Below, piece after piece: positions 60,902-64,000 of a stretch of DNA of 64,000 bases. Within the stretch, counting starts at the first letter, position 1, and the number at the start of each line of letters is the position of its first letter. This stretch comes from Sphaerodactylus townsendi (taxonomy: Eukaryota). The stretch is taken from contig NC_059428.1 in the NCBI RefSeq assembly GCF_021028975.2, positions 152,148,001 through 152,212,000 on the forward strand, written 5' to 3'. The notes beneath the pieces are model-generated. The model was not told where the DNA came from and ran no database searches. It saw nothing but the letters and a program-made list of their open reading frames with translations. The translations under genes and the position numbers were made by a program.

Positions 60902-61620
60902 ACTCCGGCCAGACCTGTTTGTCATACTGTACATAGTCTCTGAGAAGTGTCTGACGCAGCCCAAGCGTCCCATTTATATTAACCGAAAACAGCACATCTT
61001 TTGTAGTTCTGGATTTTTATTATTTCTGCAGGCAGCAGAGCTGGTATTGTCACCATTCTTTGGGTCTTTACCATTGACCAAGACTTAAAAAAAAAACCAA
61101 GAATAAGCAAATAACAGCCACTTGATTTAAGCCAATCAGGCCGCTGCAAGCTAGCGCAGTGGGGTGTGGAGCCGTAGCTTGCTCTACACCTCTGCTCTCC
61201 CCTGTCTCGTAAAAACGCCTTTCTGTTGCGGGCAAAGTTCATGAAATGCTAAAGGACCCCACTTGGCACTGACGCTTCTCTTCCTTTTCCTCGTCTGGCC
61301 GTCCATACTATGTTTCCTGCATTTAAACTGCTCAATGTAAACAAGCCAGATTGGTTGACGTTTCATACAGTTGCCTCAATTCAGTTGCTTCTCCCTCCTC
61401 AAAAACATGTTTCGGGAGGGATAGCTTGTACTACATGGTACAGTCCTTTGTCCTATTTATAGCACTCCCCGGCAGCAGCTGAGGAGTGTTCTTGAGGCCT
61501 TTTTAAAAGAAAGAAGTGGCTGCCAGCTACATGAGAAATTCCCCGGCAGACGCACTTGATTCAGGGACTTGGGAGAGTATGAGCAGTGGCTGAGGGCATA
61601 TCCTGCTTTCAGAAAGGCCC

Positions 61621-61626
61621 AATAAA
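61621..61626 (+). terminator. Candidate LUC7L poly(A) signal
   Basis: AATAAA 720 nt after the stop codon with a U-rich tract downstream; alternative ATTAAA at 61781. Confidence 0.45.
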
Positions 61627-61984
61627 GGAAATCAGCAAAGATTGGTCACATGTACTGAGCAAAATAGTAGGTTTCCATCCTTCAGTGGGATTTGGGTATT
61701 TGATTCTTTTTTCTTTGCTTTTGATGCATTTTGGTCTAAAGATGTGAGTAAAATACTCTTCTGTAGCCTGTCTGATTCACATTAAAAGCTTATCTTTGTG
61801 GCTTGGGGTGGACTCTGCTCTCTTGGTGCCTGCGTTCCTTCTTTGCCAACCCAGTCTCTGTGCTGTTTTGGCTGCCCAAGTCCGGTTTGGAGCCAGTTGG
61901 TTCCTTCAGTAAAAATATTGCTGAAGGAACCGGGAATGAGAAAACCTGGCTGTGGAGCAAAGCAATAAAGATCTCATGCACGTT

Positions 61985-62088
61985 ACATAAGAACATAAGA
62001 AAGAGCCTTGCTGGATGAGACCAGAATCCATCTAGTCCAGCAGTCTGATACTCGCAGTGGCCCACCAGGTGCCTTTGGGAGCTCACAC
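61985..62088 (-). mobile_element. CR1 LINE 3' fragment
   Basis: acataagaacataagaaagagcc...ccatctagtccagca. Confidence 0.75.
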
Positions 62089-64000
62089 TGACAAGGGTTT
62101 GCCTAAGGCTTCCCAGTTAATAAGGCGGTCGAGGTCAGATTTGAGTTGGGGATCTTCTGGCTTACGCTGCAGCATTCCTTGTGTAGGCGGACTTATTTAC
62201 CTCACTGGTGGCAAATGTCAAGCAACGCTGTAGGTTTGCATTGTGCTGTTCAGATGAAGTGCCGAGTCTGGGACCAGAGGGACATATGCTGCCCGAGAGG
62301 GGGGAAAAATCCATATTTAATGGAGCTGAGTGGTAGGCTTCAACCCCAATATATGGGGAACAGACTGGGAGAGAATTTGGAGTCTCAACCCCAGCTTGAT
62401 GTTTTATATCTCCCCCCCACCCTTGTATCCTTAACATCACAGACAAGCCTGTATGATCCACATTACAGATGCGTTTCACACACATTGTGTTGTTTGAACC
62501 TCCCAACATTGCAGAAGACAAAATGTGCTGTTTTATTTTACCGTGTGAACCATCACCGACATAAAAATCAGGCTTCCCTCTTGTTCACAAATGGTCCTTC
62601 GCTGTAATAGGAGTGTGACATCTAAACTGCATCCCAGGAACTTCCACGAGAGGGCACCAAAGCATTGGTTAAAAATGTAAAGACACAGATGGGTAGGAGA
62701 ACAGCACATAGAGGAGGCATTTTATGCAAAACGCTGGAGCTTTAGACGGGACACTGTGGCGGGCCCCCTTCTGGGACAATTTTAGTTTCTGAGAAAGATA
62801 AATACTGGGGTTTGGGCCATTTGGGACCTCTGGCCACTGGTCCTGAAAGCCTTTCCTTTGGATATGGAATGATGATTAGCATAGGGTTCTCAACAGGCCT
62901 AGAGGAAAATGTGTCCCTTCGACAGGGATGTAATGGGCAGTTAAAGCTTTCTGTGTTGTAAAGGTAAAGAACTCTCCATTAGGCCCCAAGGGAAGGGATA
63001 GGATATTTCTTTCTCGAGCCAGCTGGGAACCCCATATCAGCAATCTCCCCTGTGTTGCACTGGTCTAAAGTAATGTGCCCTCTTGTTCAAGAAACTTGCA
63101 CAAGACCAGGATCTCCTTTGAGTGCGTGAAAGAAACTGCCCTGTTTGGTGGATCCTGCCCTACATGTGCCCTGAGCAGTTGAGGGAGGAAGAGGCTGCCT
63201 GGGTCCTGACATTTGGAAGATCACATTTCACACAGCTGTCACCCTTAGGCACACATGAAGCTGCCTCAAACGGAATCGGACCATTGGCCCATTAAGCTCA
63301 GCATTGTCCACTCTAGACTAACAGCAACTCTCCCGTAGAGGTCTTTCACATCATCTGCTACTGGAAATGCCTGGGATTGAACTGGGGAACTTCTGCATGT
63401 ACAGCAGATACTCTTCCACTGAGCCATGGCCCCTCATGGGCAGGCCATGAGAGAGGAGGCTTTTTCAGTGGTGGAACTTCATGCAAGAGTGCATTCCTCA
63501 ACTCGTCAAGCACCACGTGTGTGTCTGGTTTTCTGCACCATGGTGAAGCTGGATCATGGGCTTGTTCCCTAATCAGCTGTGCGTTTTTTCTTGCTGTTCA
63601 TTTCTCCTCCCTCCCAAAAACGGTTATACTTTTTACACTAGGAACACAATTTCAATGTTATGATTGGTTTTTTAATGGTTTAAATGATGCGTGCCATCTT
63701 CGGGAAAACAGCCCTGAGAGATTGTTTTTTGATTGGATAGTGCAGTAGAGAAATGTTTTCAGCAGTTCTGCCAAATGTGCTCTGTGAAGCAAGGACTTCA
63801 TAGTCCAAAATGGATAGTGGAGTGGGGGAAAGACAGGAACGTAGCGACTCAGCCCAGCCTCAAAAAGGCAACACTGCGTGTCTGTGCTGCCGTGGAAACC
63901 TTGTTTTACCCCTTTCAAGTAAGTTTGAAGCCCCTGTTGAGATCTCTTCTGCCTTCATTGTAATTCCCCCATTATTCCACTTGGGTAAAAGGCACTAGAG

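Overview
This is vertebrate genomic DNA, not prokaryotic. The SINE and MITE content suggests a squamate reptile, probably a gecko (inference). Four protein-coding genes can be reconstructed exon by exon with consistent GT-AG boundaries and phases. They are ANTKMT/FAM173A (+, 5 coding exons, 215 aa), CCDC78 (-, 15 coding exons, 571 aa), PERCC1 (-, single coding exon, 284 aa, with a candidate TATA promoter and non-coding first exon) and LUC7L (+, 10 exons, 372 aa, CpG-island promoter). The rest is dense in repeats: CORE-type (Squam3-like), Sauria-type and 5S-derived SINEs; RTE, L2 and CR1 fragments; Penelope-like elements; hAT and Harbinger-like MITEs; a solo LTR; and micro/minisatellites. There is a 140-nt assembly gap at 50205-50344. 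I cannot demonstrate a wholly new system from sequence alone. The strongest leads are the PERCC1 promoter and enhancer landscape (possible reptile counterpart of the human intestine-critical region), candidate regulatory cassette exons in LUC7L (one would swap the RS domain for another reading frame), an intact minimal hammerhead ribozyme, a MITE that mimics a CpG island, and a possible N-terminally extended ANTKMT. Comparisons with human proteins are from memory and need database confirmation.
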